Origin: an uncultured Thermoplasmatales archaeon
Lineage (GTDB): Archaea > Thermoplasmatota > E2 > DHVEG-1
DNA: 64,000 nt
Assembly: GCA_964638155.1 (NCBI GenBank)
Contig: CAZWYI010000006.1
Coordinates: 5,949-69,948, forward strand
Direction: 5' to 3'
The notes below the pieces were generated by a model, which ran no database searches, was not told the origin of the DNA, and saw only the letters and a program-made list of their open reading frames with translations. Made by a program: the position numbers and the translations under genes. Numbering within the stretch: the stretch's first letter is position 1; each line of letters starts with the position of its first letter. Shown one piece after another: positions 29,320-38,092 of this stretch.

Positions 29320-29342
29320 GGTTCAAATCCCTTCCCCTGCAT
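29320..29342 (+). repeat. tRNA-Leu-like 3' fragment, right att-like copy
   Basis: GGTTCAAATCCCTTCCCCTGCAT identical to 20015-20037; starts within the T-stem. Confidence 0.8.
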
Positions 29343-29413
29343 AAATTACCATTTATAAAGTTATAGCTTAATTCATTTCCATGTGAGTTATAAAAAAATG
29401 AAAGATTATTAGT

Positions 29414-30280
29414 TTAAACGTGCTCTTCAATTAAATCTGCGATATCTGTAGGAAATTGGGCGATTTTAACACCTGCTTCTTTGAATGCTTTTACTTTTGA
29501 TGCAGCTGTTCCTTTCCCTCTGGCAATAATTGCTCCTGCATGCCCCATTCTTTTTCCTGGTGGTGCAGTTCTTCCCGCAATAAAGGCAAACACAGGTTTT
29601 GAGATTTGTTCTTTTATGTATTCTGCAGCATCTTCTTCAGCTGTACCACCGATTTCTCCCACTAACACCATTGCTTTTGTTTCTTTGTCTTTTTCAAAAG
29701 CATCTAGAGAATCAATAAATGTAGTCCCAATAATCGGGTCGCCTCCAAGACCAATACAGGTACTCTGTCCAATTTTCTTTTCAGAAAGAGAGTTTACTAT
29801 TTCATAAGTAAGGGTTCCCGATCGACTGGCCACACCAATATTTCCTTTAAGGAATATACTTCCCGGAAGGATTCCTATTTTTGTCTTCCCTGGGCTTGCA
29901 ATACCTGGGCAATTTGGACCGATAATTACTGCATTTTTGTATTTTGCATAATGAACAAAATCCATTGCATCATGAAAAGGAATATTTTCAGTAATTACTA
30001 CAATAGTTTTTATTCCAGCATCAAGTGCTTCAAAGACAGCATCTTTTGCATAACGCGCAGGAACAAGGACAAGTGAAGTGTTTGCATGAGTTTCATTTAC
30101 ACCTTTTTGTACGTTATCAAAAATTGGTACACCATTGACATCCTGTCCACCTTTACCAGGTGTTACTCCTGCAACAACATTAGTTCCAAAGTTTTTCATC
30201 TCACCAATATGGAAAACTCCTTGATGACCGGTTGCACCTTGAACAATAACCTTGCTTTTTTCATCTACAAAAATTGCCAT
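29414..30280 (-). CDS. sucD: Succinyl-CoA synthetase alpha subunit
   Basis: QGATG, GPNCPG, SRSGTLTYE, GEIGG, RMGHAGA phospho-His. Confidence 0.96.
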   Translation of the reverse strand: MAIFVDEKSKVIVQGATGHQGVFHIGEMKNFGTNVVAGVTPGKGGQDVNGVPIFDNVQKGVNETHANTSLVLVPARYAKDAVFEALDAGIKTIVVITENIPFHDAMDFVHYAKYKNAVIIGPNCPGIASPGKTKIGILPGSIFLKGNIGVASRSGTLTYEIVNSLSEKKIGQSTCIGLGGDPIIGTTFIDSLDAFEKDKETKAMVLVGEIGGTAEEDAAEYIKEQISKPVFAFIAGRTAPPGKRMGHAGAIIARGKGTAASKVKAFKEAGVKIAQFPTDIADLIEEHV

Positions 30281-30283
30281 TGA

Positions 30284-31390
30284 CTATTCACCTCCAGCTA
30301 AATCAGATGATCTTTTTGCTGCATCCTGCAGGGTAGTAGCAGTGATAAGGCCTGCATCTTTTAATATCTCTTTAGCGGCATCTTCATTCATACCTTTAAT
30401 ACGAGTAATAACAGGGCAGTCAATACCTTCTTTTGTAATAACTGCTTTAACACCTTTTGCAACTGTATCACATTTTGTAATTCCACCAAAAAGATTTAAG
30501 AAAATAACTTTTGGTTTTGCTTTTTTCATAAGTTCAAAAGCCTGTTTTACTTTTTCAGGATCATCAGTACCACCAAGGTCAAGAAAAACACCACCTGAGC
30601 CTTTAAAATAAGTTAAGGCATCAAGTGTTGCCATTGTAAGACCTGCCCCATTTGCAATAACACCGATGTTTCCTCCGAGTTGAACAAAAGATATTCCCAT
30701 TTCCTCAGCTTCTTTTTCTAAATCTGTCAGCTCTATATTCTCAGGAGTAATATCTTTGTGGCGGTACATTGCATCATCGTTGATAATCACCTTTGAATCA
30801 ATTGCCATTGCTTTTCCTTTTTTTGTAATAATAAGAGGATTAATCTCTACTAATTCACAATCATATTCCCGGAATAATTTATAAATTTTTGAAAGTACAT
30901 TGGATATTTGTTTTGCTTCTTCTTTTTCAACATTTAATTTTGAAATAATATTTCTACGGTTAAAAGATTGTATTCCAATCAACGGGTTTACCCATTCCTT
31001 GAAGATTTTATTATCTGGGACACTTTCTATATCCATCCCGCCAGAGGCACTAGCCATAATCAAAGGCATTTTTTTAGTTCTATCAAGTGATATACTAAGG
31101 TATAACTCTTTTTTGATGTCAGCCATTTCTTCTGCAAGTACTTTTCCAACTTTATAAGAACGGATAGCCATCCCCATGATTTCAGAAAGCTTTTCTTTAG
31201 CATCATCTAGGTTTTTTGTTGTTTTTATTCCACCAGCTTTTCCTCGTCCACCAATTGGAACTTGTGCTTTTAGAACAAGTGGGAATTTAAGATCTGAAAA
31301 ATCTTTTTCTCCTGAAACAAGTTTGCCGTTTGGGACTGAAATATCATATTTAACAAACAGCTTTTTACCTTGGTACTCAAAAAGTTTCAT
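30284..31390 (-). CDS. sucC: Succinyl-CoA synthetase beta subunit
   Basis: MKLFEYQGK, GGRGKAGG, EINPL, NGAGLTMAT, FGGITKCD. Confidence 0.96.
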   Translation of the reverse strand: MKLFEYQGKKLFVKYDISVPNGKLVSGEKDFSDLKFPLVLKAQVPIGGRGKAGGIKTTKNLDDAKEKLSEIMGMAIRSYKVGKVLAEEMADIKKELYLSISLDRTKKMPLIMASASGGMDIESVPDNKIFKEWVNPLIGIQSFNRRNIISKLNVEKEEAKQISNVLSKIYKLFREYDCELVEINPLIITKKGKAMAIDSKVIINDDAMYRHKDITPENIELTDLEKEAEEMGISFVQLGGNIGVIANGAGLTMATLDALTYFKGSGGVFLDLGGTDDPEKVKQAFELMKKAKPKVIFLNLFGGITKCDTVAKGVKAVITKEGIDCPVITRIKGMNEDAAKEILKDAGLITATTLQDAAKRSSDLAGGE

Positions 31391-31409
31391 AGGAAACCGT
31401 AATACAAAT

Positions 31410-32498
31410 TCACATATTTAAGAGCTTTTTAACCCAGAAATCAGATCCTACAATCTTGTTTGCTATTGGAGCAAATATTAAATCTTTAATAAAAACCATC
31501 GTATTCAAACTATAGGTCTTAATTACTGGATCTCTTGCAATCCATTTATTTTGTTTTAAAGTCTGCATCAAATTCAGTGTATCTAATTTATAATCATCAT
31601 AATCTCTATAAATTGATATCATTATTGCTTCAAATTGTCTACATGCAAAAAGAACAGTTGAATCGCTCATTAACATCGCTGCTTCATCATTGTCCATGTT
31701 TGGCGGGTTACTGGGATCAAAACGTATATGACAAAAAGTAAGGATTTCAAAACCCATCTTTTTGATATTAGGTAGGCTTATATGTCTTATGAGATTGTCT
31801 TTTTCAAATCCACGGCGCAAGCGTGAAACAGTATGCCGAGAAACATCTATCTCCTTACCAATATCATTATCAGACATCTCGGGATAGCTAATCATCATGG
31901 AATAAACATTTTTTTGGATATCTGAAAAATCTACATCTGTTTCTTTTTGAAATGCAAGATTTACTGTTTCTTCTGAATTTTGAGATTTGATATTAAAATT
32001 TTTTTTAAGTAAAGGTGCATAATCAAAAAATCTGTATATCCGACTTATTTCAAATGGGAAAACAACCATAATTGGATATTCATCTTCGAGTAGTCCTCTT
32101 TTACCAAATGTTTGAGTTCTTATGTCATTAATTCTACCAATTGTTGAATAATCACTTGAAAGACTTAATGAAAAACCTTTGTCATATTCACCTACTGAAA
32201 AAAATATTTCTTCAAAGACTTCTATTGCTTTGCCTGTTATATCTGTACGTTCCTGAAGTGGTATAAGCGGACTAAAGTTCGTATAAATTGCAACTAACAT
32301 TTTACAACCCATATTTTGAAGTCTGGGTATAATCAATCTTCTAAAATAATCGCTTTCCTTTAGCCTATGCCTTATGGAAGTAACTGTTGAATGTTTTATT
32401 TTGAATGTTTCCGAAAGTTCCTTATCAGTAAATGTTGGATATTTGACTAAACCATATAGAACAAGTTTTTCTTTTGGAGTGAGATTTAGTGATTTCAT
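31410..32498 (-). CDS. Transcriptional regulator with two tandem HTH/Lrp-like modules
   Basis: Two similar halves (YPTFTDKELS..HSTVTSIRHRL; YPEMSDNDIG..RHTVSRLRRGF); divergent from the redox operon. Confidence 0.75.
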   Translation of the reverse strand: MKSLNLTPKEKLVLYGLVKYPTFTDKELSETFKIKHSTVTSIRHRLKESDYFRRLIIPRLQNMGCKMLVAIYTNFSPLIPLQERTDITGKAIEVFEEIFFSVGEYDKGFSLSLSSDYSTIGRINDIRTQTFGKRGLLEDEYPIMVVFPFEISRIYRFFDYAPLLKKNFNIKSQNSEETVNLAFQKETDVDFSDIQKNVYSMMISYPEMSDNDIGKEIDVSRHTVSRLRRGFEKDNLIRHISLPNIKKMGFEILTFCHIRFDPSNPPNMDNDEAAMLMSDSTVLFACRQFEAIMISIYRDYDDYKLDTLNLMQTLKQNKWIARDPVIKTYSLNTMVFIKDLIFAPIANKIVGSDFWVKKLLNM

Positions 32499-32805
32499 TA
32501 TTACAAGAATAAGTAAAATTTATATATAAATGTTTTCACCATTTTACTAAATTAAGTCTTAAATATTGAGAAAAAGATATTTTTAATTACAAAATATACA
32601 CAAATTCTTATTTAAATAGCGTTAATTTATTTTTTTGATAATATTAACAATAAGTATTTAATACTAGTATCTTATACAAAACTTACTCAGGAGGAACCAT
32701 CTTGATTAAACATATGGTAGAAAAAACTAACCTGTTTGATATAATAATAACTTGTAATTTTACAATTTTTAAAAATTTTGATTTATGTTTTGTGGGGTAA
32801 ACAAA

Positions 32806-33564
32806 ATGACCAAAACTAAACAGGCCCTTGTTAAAGAATCAAAGAAAAAAAACAAGGAAGAAAAATCAGATGAAGTTGAAGTTTACATAATGGGTAAAAG
32901 CTACAAAGTCCCAGCAGGTCTTACAATAATGAAAGCTCTTGAATATGCTGGTTATCGTTTTATCCGTAGTTGCGGTTGTCGAGCAGGTTTTTGCGGAGCT
33001 TGTTCAACAGTTTATAGAATAGAAGATGAACAAAAACTTGGTTTTGATCTGGCTTGTCAAAAAGTTGTAGAGGATCAAATGTATCTTGTTCAGCTTCCTT
33101 TTGTTCCTGGATTAAAAGCTGAATATGACATTGAAAAAATTGAACCAAGCGATACAACTCTTATAGAAATTTATCCAGAACTTGCTAGATGTGTTTCATG
33201 TAATACCTGTACAAAATCCTGTCCACAAGATATTGAAACTATGAAGTATATTCAAATGGCAGTTAGAGGTGATATCGAACGTTGCGCAGAGTTATCCTTT
33301 GACTGCATTCAATGTGGGTTATGTGCTATGAGATGCCCGGCAGACATTAAACATTATCATTTAGCTCAACTTGCCCGTAGACTACGCGGTAAATATCTTG
33401 ACTCAAAATCAAAAAATCTTGCAAAAAGATTAAAAGAAATTGACCAAAGAAAATACGATGAAGAAATTGCAAAACTAATGAAAATGCAGAAAAAAGAAAT
33501 CATTGATCTCTATAATTCAAGAAAAATAGAAGCAGAACAAGAAGAAGATGAAGGGGGCAGCTAA
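32806..33564 (+). CDS. Fumarate reductase/succinate dehydrogenase-type iron-sulfur subunit (soluble type)
   Basis: CRAGFCGAC...LAC [2Fe-2S] plus two CxxCxxCxxxCP; no CCG domain; SD GGGGT before ATG 32806. Confidence 0.85.
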   Translation: MTKTKQALVKESKKKNKEEKSDEVEVYIMGKSYKVPAGLTIMKALEYAGYRFIRSCGCRAGFCGACSTVYRIEDEQKLGFDLACQKVVEDQMYLVQLPFVPGLKAEYDIEKIEPSDTTLIEIYPELARCVSCNTCTKSCPQDIETMKYIQMAVRGDIERCAELSFDCIQCGLCAMRCPADIKHYHLAQLARRLRGKYLDSKSKNLAKRLKEIDQRKYDEEIAKLMKMQKKEIIDLYNSRKIEAEQEEDEGGS

Positions 33565-33566
33565 TT

Positions 33567-35213
33567 TTGACAGATATTGAAGGATATCCAGATTATATGC
33601 TGGAATCTATTAAAAAAGTAGAGGAAAAAAGAGAGCGTAACCTTAAAAAAACTGTAAAACCAATGAGCATGGAAGAAAGAGAGTCGATGCTTAGTAAATA
33701 CCATCCAGATTATATGAAAGGTACTCGCCGTAAATTAAAAGTAGGTATTAATAAAGGAGAAGTTTTTTACAACGGGCTTTCTGATCTTTTAGAGGCTAGA
33801 CCTATTCTTGGTCCTAAGGATGTTGATCTCGATAAAATTGATTATGATGTAGATACCTTAATTATTGGTGGAGGGGGAGCAGGAACAGTTGCAGCACTTT
33901 TTGCTCATGAATCAGGAGTTTCAATTGATAAAATATTGGTTGTTACTAAACTTCGACATGGTGATGCAAATAGTATGATGGCACAAGGCGGCATCCAAGC
34001 AGCTGATCGACCAGAGGATAGTCCAGCACTGCATTATCTTGACATTTATGGAGGAGGACATTTTACCAATAAACCTGAACTTGCACGTGCTCTTGCTCTT
34101 GATGCACCAAGAATCATAAATTGGCATGAAAATCTTGGTGTAATGTATGATCGTCAAGAAGATGGAGAATTCCAAGAGCTCTCCGGGGGCGGAACCTGTC
34201 GCAACCGTATGCATAGTTGCAAAGACTATTCAGGTATGGAAATAATGAGAAACATCCGTGATAGAGCAAGAAACCTTGAAATCCCTGTTCTAGAATTTGC
34301 ACCTATTGCAGAATTAATCATGGATGATAAAGGGCAAGTTGCAGGAGCAGTAGCATTTAATCTTGAAACCCATGAGTATTATGTAATAAGAGCAAAAGCA
34401 ACAATTCTTGCAACAGGCGGTTCTGGTAGACTTCATCTTTCAAATTATCCAACTACAAATCATTATGGTGCAACTGGTGATGGTCTTATAATGGCCTATC
34501 ATGCAGGGGCAAACCTACGTGATCTTGATACAATTCAAATTCATCCAACTGGTGATGCATTTCCAGAACCAATTGTTGGAATTCTATCAACTGAAAAAAT
34601 TCGAGGTCTAGGGGCAAAACCGCTTAATAAAGACGGTGATCCATTTGTATTCCCACTAGAACCACGTGATGTTGAAGCAGCATCTTTTATTCATGAGTGT
34701 AAAGAAGGTCGAGGAATAATAACACCAACAGGAATGCCAGGTGTCTGGCTTGATACACCTATGATAGAAGAAATTCACGGCGAAGGGACTATAGCTACAA
34801 AACTAGCTGGTGAAGTACGCAAATTCAAACGTTTTGGAATTGATATTACAGAACAACCAATTTTAGTTTATCCAACTCTTCACTATCAAAATGGCGGGGT
34901 TGAAATAAATGAAAAATGTGAGACTCGCGTTCCAGGACTCTTTGCCGCAGGAGAAGTAAGCGGAGGAGTACATGGTAAAAACAGACTAATGGGCAATTCA
35001 CTTCTTGATTTTAATGTCTTCGGACGTAGAGCAGGAATTTATGCTGCTAAATATGTTAAAAAAGCAAAAGTTGGAAAGCTCACACTAAGACATCTTGACA
35101 AATATACCAAAATGCTAGAAGAATCAGGAGTTAAACCAAAGAAAACAGCCCCAATATTACTTCCAGATTATCGTGGTGAAATGGCTATTTCTAGATCACT
35201 TGATATTTTATGA
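33567..35213 (+). CDS. Fumarate reductase-type flavoprotein subunit
   Basis: GGGGAG, NSMMAQGG, QIHPT, RD, HYQNGG, HGKNRLMGNSL; TTG start; no C-terminal helical domain. Confidence 0.88.
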   Translation: MTDIEGYPDYMLESIKKVEEKRERNLKKTVKPMSMEERESMLSKYHPDYMKGTRRKLKVGINKGEVFYNGLSDLLEARPILGPKDVDLDKIDYDVDTLIIGGGGAGTVAALFAHESGVSIDKILVVTKLRHGDANSMMAQGGIQAADRPEDSPALHYLDIYGGGHFTNKPELARALALDAPRIINWHENLGVMYDRQEDGEFQELSGGGTCRNRMHSCKDYSGMEIMRNIRDRARNLEIPVLEFAPIAELIMDDKGQVAGAVAFNLETHEYYVIRAKATILATGGSGRLHLSNYPTTNHYGATGDGLIMAYHAGANLRDLDTIQIHPTGDAFPEPIVGILSTEKIRGLGAKPLNKDGDPFVFPLEPRDVEAASFIHECKEGRGIITPTGMPGVWLDTPMIEEIHGEGTIATKLAGEVRKFKRFGIDITEQPILVYPTLHYQNGGVEINEKCETRVPGLFAAGEVSGGVHGKNRLMGNSLLDFNVFGRRAGIYAAKYVKKAKVGKLTLRHLDKYTKMLEESGVKPKKTAPILLPDYRGEMAISRSLDIL

Positions 35214-35223
35214 GGAAAAAATT

Positions 35224-35478
35224 ATGATAGAAGTTAGAGAAGACTGGTGCAAAGGTTGCAACATCTGCATAGAAAGGTGTCCAGTTAACGCTTTAGAAGA
35301 ATCTGACAATCTCAACAAGAGAGGTGTGCGCCCACCAACACTCAAAAAAAATAATGAATGCAATTATTGCAGGCTCTGTGAATTGTTATGTCCAGATCTT
35401 GCAATAACTGTTATTGCTGAAGAAAAGAAAAGAGAGAATAAAAAAACCCTTTTAACACCAGTAGGGGGAAGAAAATAA
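35224..35478 (+). CDS. korD: 2-oxoacid:ferredoxin oxidoreductase delta subunit (2x[4Fe-4S])
   Basis: WCKGCNICIERCP and CNYCRLCELLCPDLAI. Confidence 0.88.
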   Translation: MIEVREDWCKGCNICIERCPVNALEESDNLNKRGVRPPTLKKNNECNYCRLCELLCPDLAITVIAEEKKRENKKTLLTPVGGRK

Positions 35479-35479
35479 A

Positions 35480-36664
35480 ATGATATATGAGCGAGATCCT
35501 AAGAAAATAAGGGAAATATTGGGAGGAAAAGTCCAATTTTTACTAGGTGATATGGCCTGCGTTTATGGTGGCATACTCGCCGGTGTTTCATTTTTCGGCG
35601 GATATCCTATTACTCCCGCATCAGAGGTCGCCGAAGGAATGGCTAGATTACTACCGCGTGCAGGCGGAACATATATTCAAATGGAAGATGAAATCGGAAG
35701 TATCGCAGCAGTGATAGGCGCAGCATGGGGTGGTGCAAAATCAATGACTGCAACATCTGGACCTGGTTTTTCACTTATGATGGAAAATTATGGATTTGCT
35801 GTAATGACTGAAACACCATGTGTGATAGTAAATGTTCAAAGAACAGGCCCAAGCACAGGTCAGCCAACTCTAGGTGCACAAGGCGATATGATGCAGGCAC
35901 GATATGGAACACATGGAGACTTTGAAGCAATTGCATTTGCACCCAGCACTGTACAGGAATGCCTTGATTTTACAATTGAAGCTTCTAATCTTTCCGAGAA
36001 ATATCGTAATCCAGTTTGTGTTATGGCAGACGGAGAAATTGGACATCTTCGTGAAAGAATTGTAATCCCTGATGAAAAAGATCTTAAACTAATAAATAGA
36101 GTCGAAGCAACAGTTCCAAAAAAGAAATACATTCCTTTTACCAGATCACAAACCCAAAAGAATTCTAAGGTTCCTGATTTTCCAACATTTGGAACAGGAT
36201 ACCGAACATATGTTACAGGCTTAACACATAATGAAAAAGGTTTCCCGGCAACTGATAAACAAAAAGATCATGAAAAACTTGTGAAAAGAATCACCTCTAA
36301 GATTACTGATGATGCTGATAAACTTGTAAAGGTTGAAAAATTAAACCTCGATGACGCAGATATTGCATTTGTAACTTACGGTGCTAGTGCTCGTCCTGCA
36401 GAAACTGCTATGGAAATTGCCCGCTCAAAAGGTAAAAAAGTAGGTTTACTAAGACTTCAAATAGTCTGGCCTTTCCCAGAAAAAGTTATATCAAAACTTG
36501 CAAAACAAGTCGATAAAATAATTGTTCCAGAGATGAATCTAGGCCAAATATATCATCCTATAAAAGAAGCTGCAAGTGGGAACTGTGAAGTAGAAGTAGC
36601 CCCAAAAATAGGCGGTGAGATGCATCTACCATCTGAACTTTTAAAATATCTGGGGGTGAAATAA
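35480..36664 (+). CDS. korA: 2-oxoacid(2-oxoglutarate):ferredoxin oxidoreductase alpha subunit
   Basis: GYPITP, QMEDE, TATSGPG, QRTGPSTG, EMNLGQ. Confidence 0.9.
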   Translation: MIYERDPKKIREILGGKVQFLLGDMACVYGGILAGVSFFGGYPITPASEVAEGMARLLPRAGGTYIQMEDEIGSIAAVIGAAWGGAKSMTATSGPGFSLMMENYGFAVMTETPCVIVNVQRTGPSTGQPTLGAQGDMMQARYGTHGDFEAIAFAPSTVQECLDFTIEASNLSEKYRNPVCVMADGEIGHLRERIVIPDEKDLKLINRVEATVPKKKYIPFTRSQTQKNSKVPDFPTFGTGYRTYVTGLTHNEKGFPATDKQKDHEKLVKRITSKITDDADKLVKVEKLNLDDADIAFVTYGASARPAETAMEIARSKGKKVGLLRLQIVWPFPEKVISKLAKQVDKIIVPEMNLGQIYHPIKEAASGNCEVEVAPKIGGEMHLPSELLKYLGVK

Positions 36665-36665
36665 A

Positions 36666-37553
36666 ATGGTAGAAATTAAAACAGCAGATCAATTGAATAA
36701 AAAATATCTCAGAGAGGGAATGTGGCCAACAATTTTTTGTAACGGATGTGGAAATGGAGTAGTACTTGAATATACTTTATGGGCACTTGAGGAACTCGGC
36801 TGGGATATGGATAAAACAGTTTTTGCTTCAGGAATAGGGTGTTCATCTAGAATGCCTGGCTATATAAATGCTGATGCTCTTCATACAACTCATGGACGGG
36901 CAATAGCATTTGCAACCGGAATAAAAGCTGCAAATCCAGATCTTAATGTTGTAATTTTCACAGGAGATGGAGACTGCTCAGGAATAGGTGGTAACCATTT
37001 TATCCATGCAGCTAGAAGAAATATAGATATGACGGTGATTATGATTAATAACTTCATTTATGGTATGACCGGTGGGCAGCTTGCTCCAACTGCACCTTTA
37101 GGAAGCATTGCAACCACAGCACCATATGGAAATATAGAGCCGCCGTTTGATATTTGCAATCTAGCAAAATCACTCGGTGCAAATTATGTAGCAAGATGGT
37201 CTGTTACTCATCCTTATCAGCCTATAAAATCAGTAAAGGCAGCACTAGAGAAAACAGGTTTTTCACTTGTTGAATTTTTAGCCCCATGTCCAACTGCTTA
37301 TGGCCGACGTAATAAGCTAGGAGATATCAAAAAACAATGGGAATGGTATGATAATAACACAATTCTGATTGAAGATTACGAACGAATTATGAACTATGGA
37401 TCTGAAAAAGAAAAAGAAGAAATCAAACACATGTTTCCAGTTGGTGTTTTTCAGGATTTGGAAAAACCAGGATTTTTCGAGCAATACGAAAAACTAGTTG
37501 AAAGACTTGATGGAAAAAAGACTGCTAAATCAAAGAAGGTGATCCACAAATGA
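36666..37553 (+). CDS. korB: 2-oxoacid:ferredoxin oxidoreductase beta subunit
   Basis: FCNGCG, GIGCS, HGR, GDGD, YGMTGGQ, PCP. Confidence 0.9.
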   Translation: MVEIKTADQLNKKYLREGMWPTIFCNGCGNGVVLEYTLWALEELGWDMDKTVFASGIGCSSRMPGYINADALHTTHGRAIAFATGIKAANPDLNVVIFTGDGDCSGIGGNHFIHAARRNIDMTVIMINNFIYGMTGGQLAPTAPLGSIATTAPYGNIEPPFDICNLAKSLGANYVARWSVTHPYQPIKSVKAALEKTGFSLVEFLAPCPTAYGRRNKLGDIKKQWEWYDNNTILIEDYERIMNYGSEKEKEEIKHMFPVGVFQDLEKPGFFEQYEKLVERLDGKKTAKSKKVIHK

Positions 37554-38092
37554 AAAAGGAGATACGCATCTGCGGTTTTGGAGGACAGGGCGTTATTCTA
37601 TCAGGCTATATCATTGGAAAAGCAGCATCTGTCTTTATGGATTATAATGCTGTTCAATCTCAATCATATGGCCCTGAAGCACGAGGGGGTGCAGCACGCT
37701 CAGAGGTAATTGTTTCTGACGAAAAAATAGGATATCCAAGACCCATGGGGGTAGATTTACTTGTTGCAATGAGTCAGGAATCATTTGATACATATAGAGA
37801 TGACCTTAACAAAGATACTAAGATTGTTATCGACCCTGATCTTGTTCCAAGACATGACATCGGAACACCAGTTTATAAAATTCAAGCCCAAAAAATCGCA
37901 GAAGAACTTGGCAACAAAATTGTGACAAATATCGTAATGGTTGGTGCATCTACTGCAATCTTTGGACTCTTAGATGAAGATGCTGTAAAAAAATCTGTTA
38001 TGGAAAGCGTTCCGAAAAAATTTATCGATTTAAATGAAAAAGCTTATTTAAAAGGATTAGAGGCAGGAAAAAATGCCCTCAAGAGATTATAA
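37550..38092 (+). CDS. korC: 2-oxoacid:ferredoxin oxidoreductase gamma subunit
   Basis: GFGGQG, SYGPEARGG, NIVMVG. Confidence 0.9.
   Translation: MKKEIRICGFGGQGVILSGYIIGKAASVFMDYNAVQSQSYGPEARGGAARSEVIVSDEKIGYPRPMGVDLLVAMSQESFDTYRDDLNKDTKIVIDPDLVPRHDIGTPVYKIQAQKIAEELGNKIVTNIVMVGASTAIFGLLDEDAVKKSVMESVPKKFIDLNEKAYLKGLEAGKNALKRL

Larger units (their letters stand above)
20015..29342. mobile_element. Putative non-autonomous integrative cassette (9.3 kb) carrying one giant surface-protein gene
   Basis: Identical 23-bp direct repeats GGTTCAAATCCCTTCCCCTGCAT at both ends, paired internal motifs, no integrase. Confidence 0.6.

Noticed and set aside
32651..32670. Short AT-rich palindromes in the divergent promoter
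   Set aside because: Overlap the TATA-like region and are not distinguishable from background at this AT content
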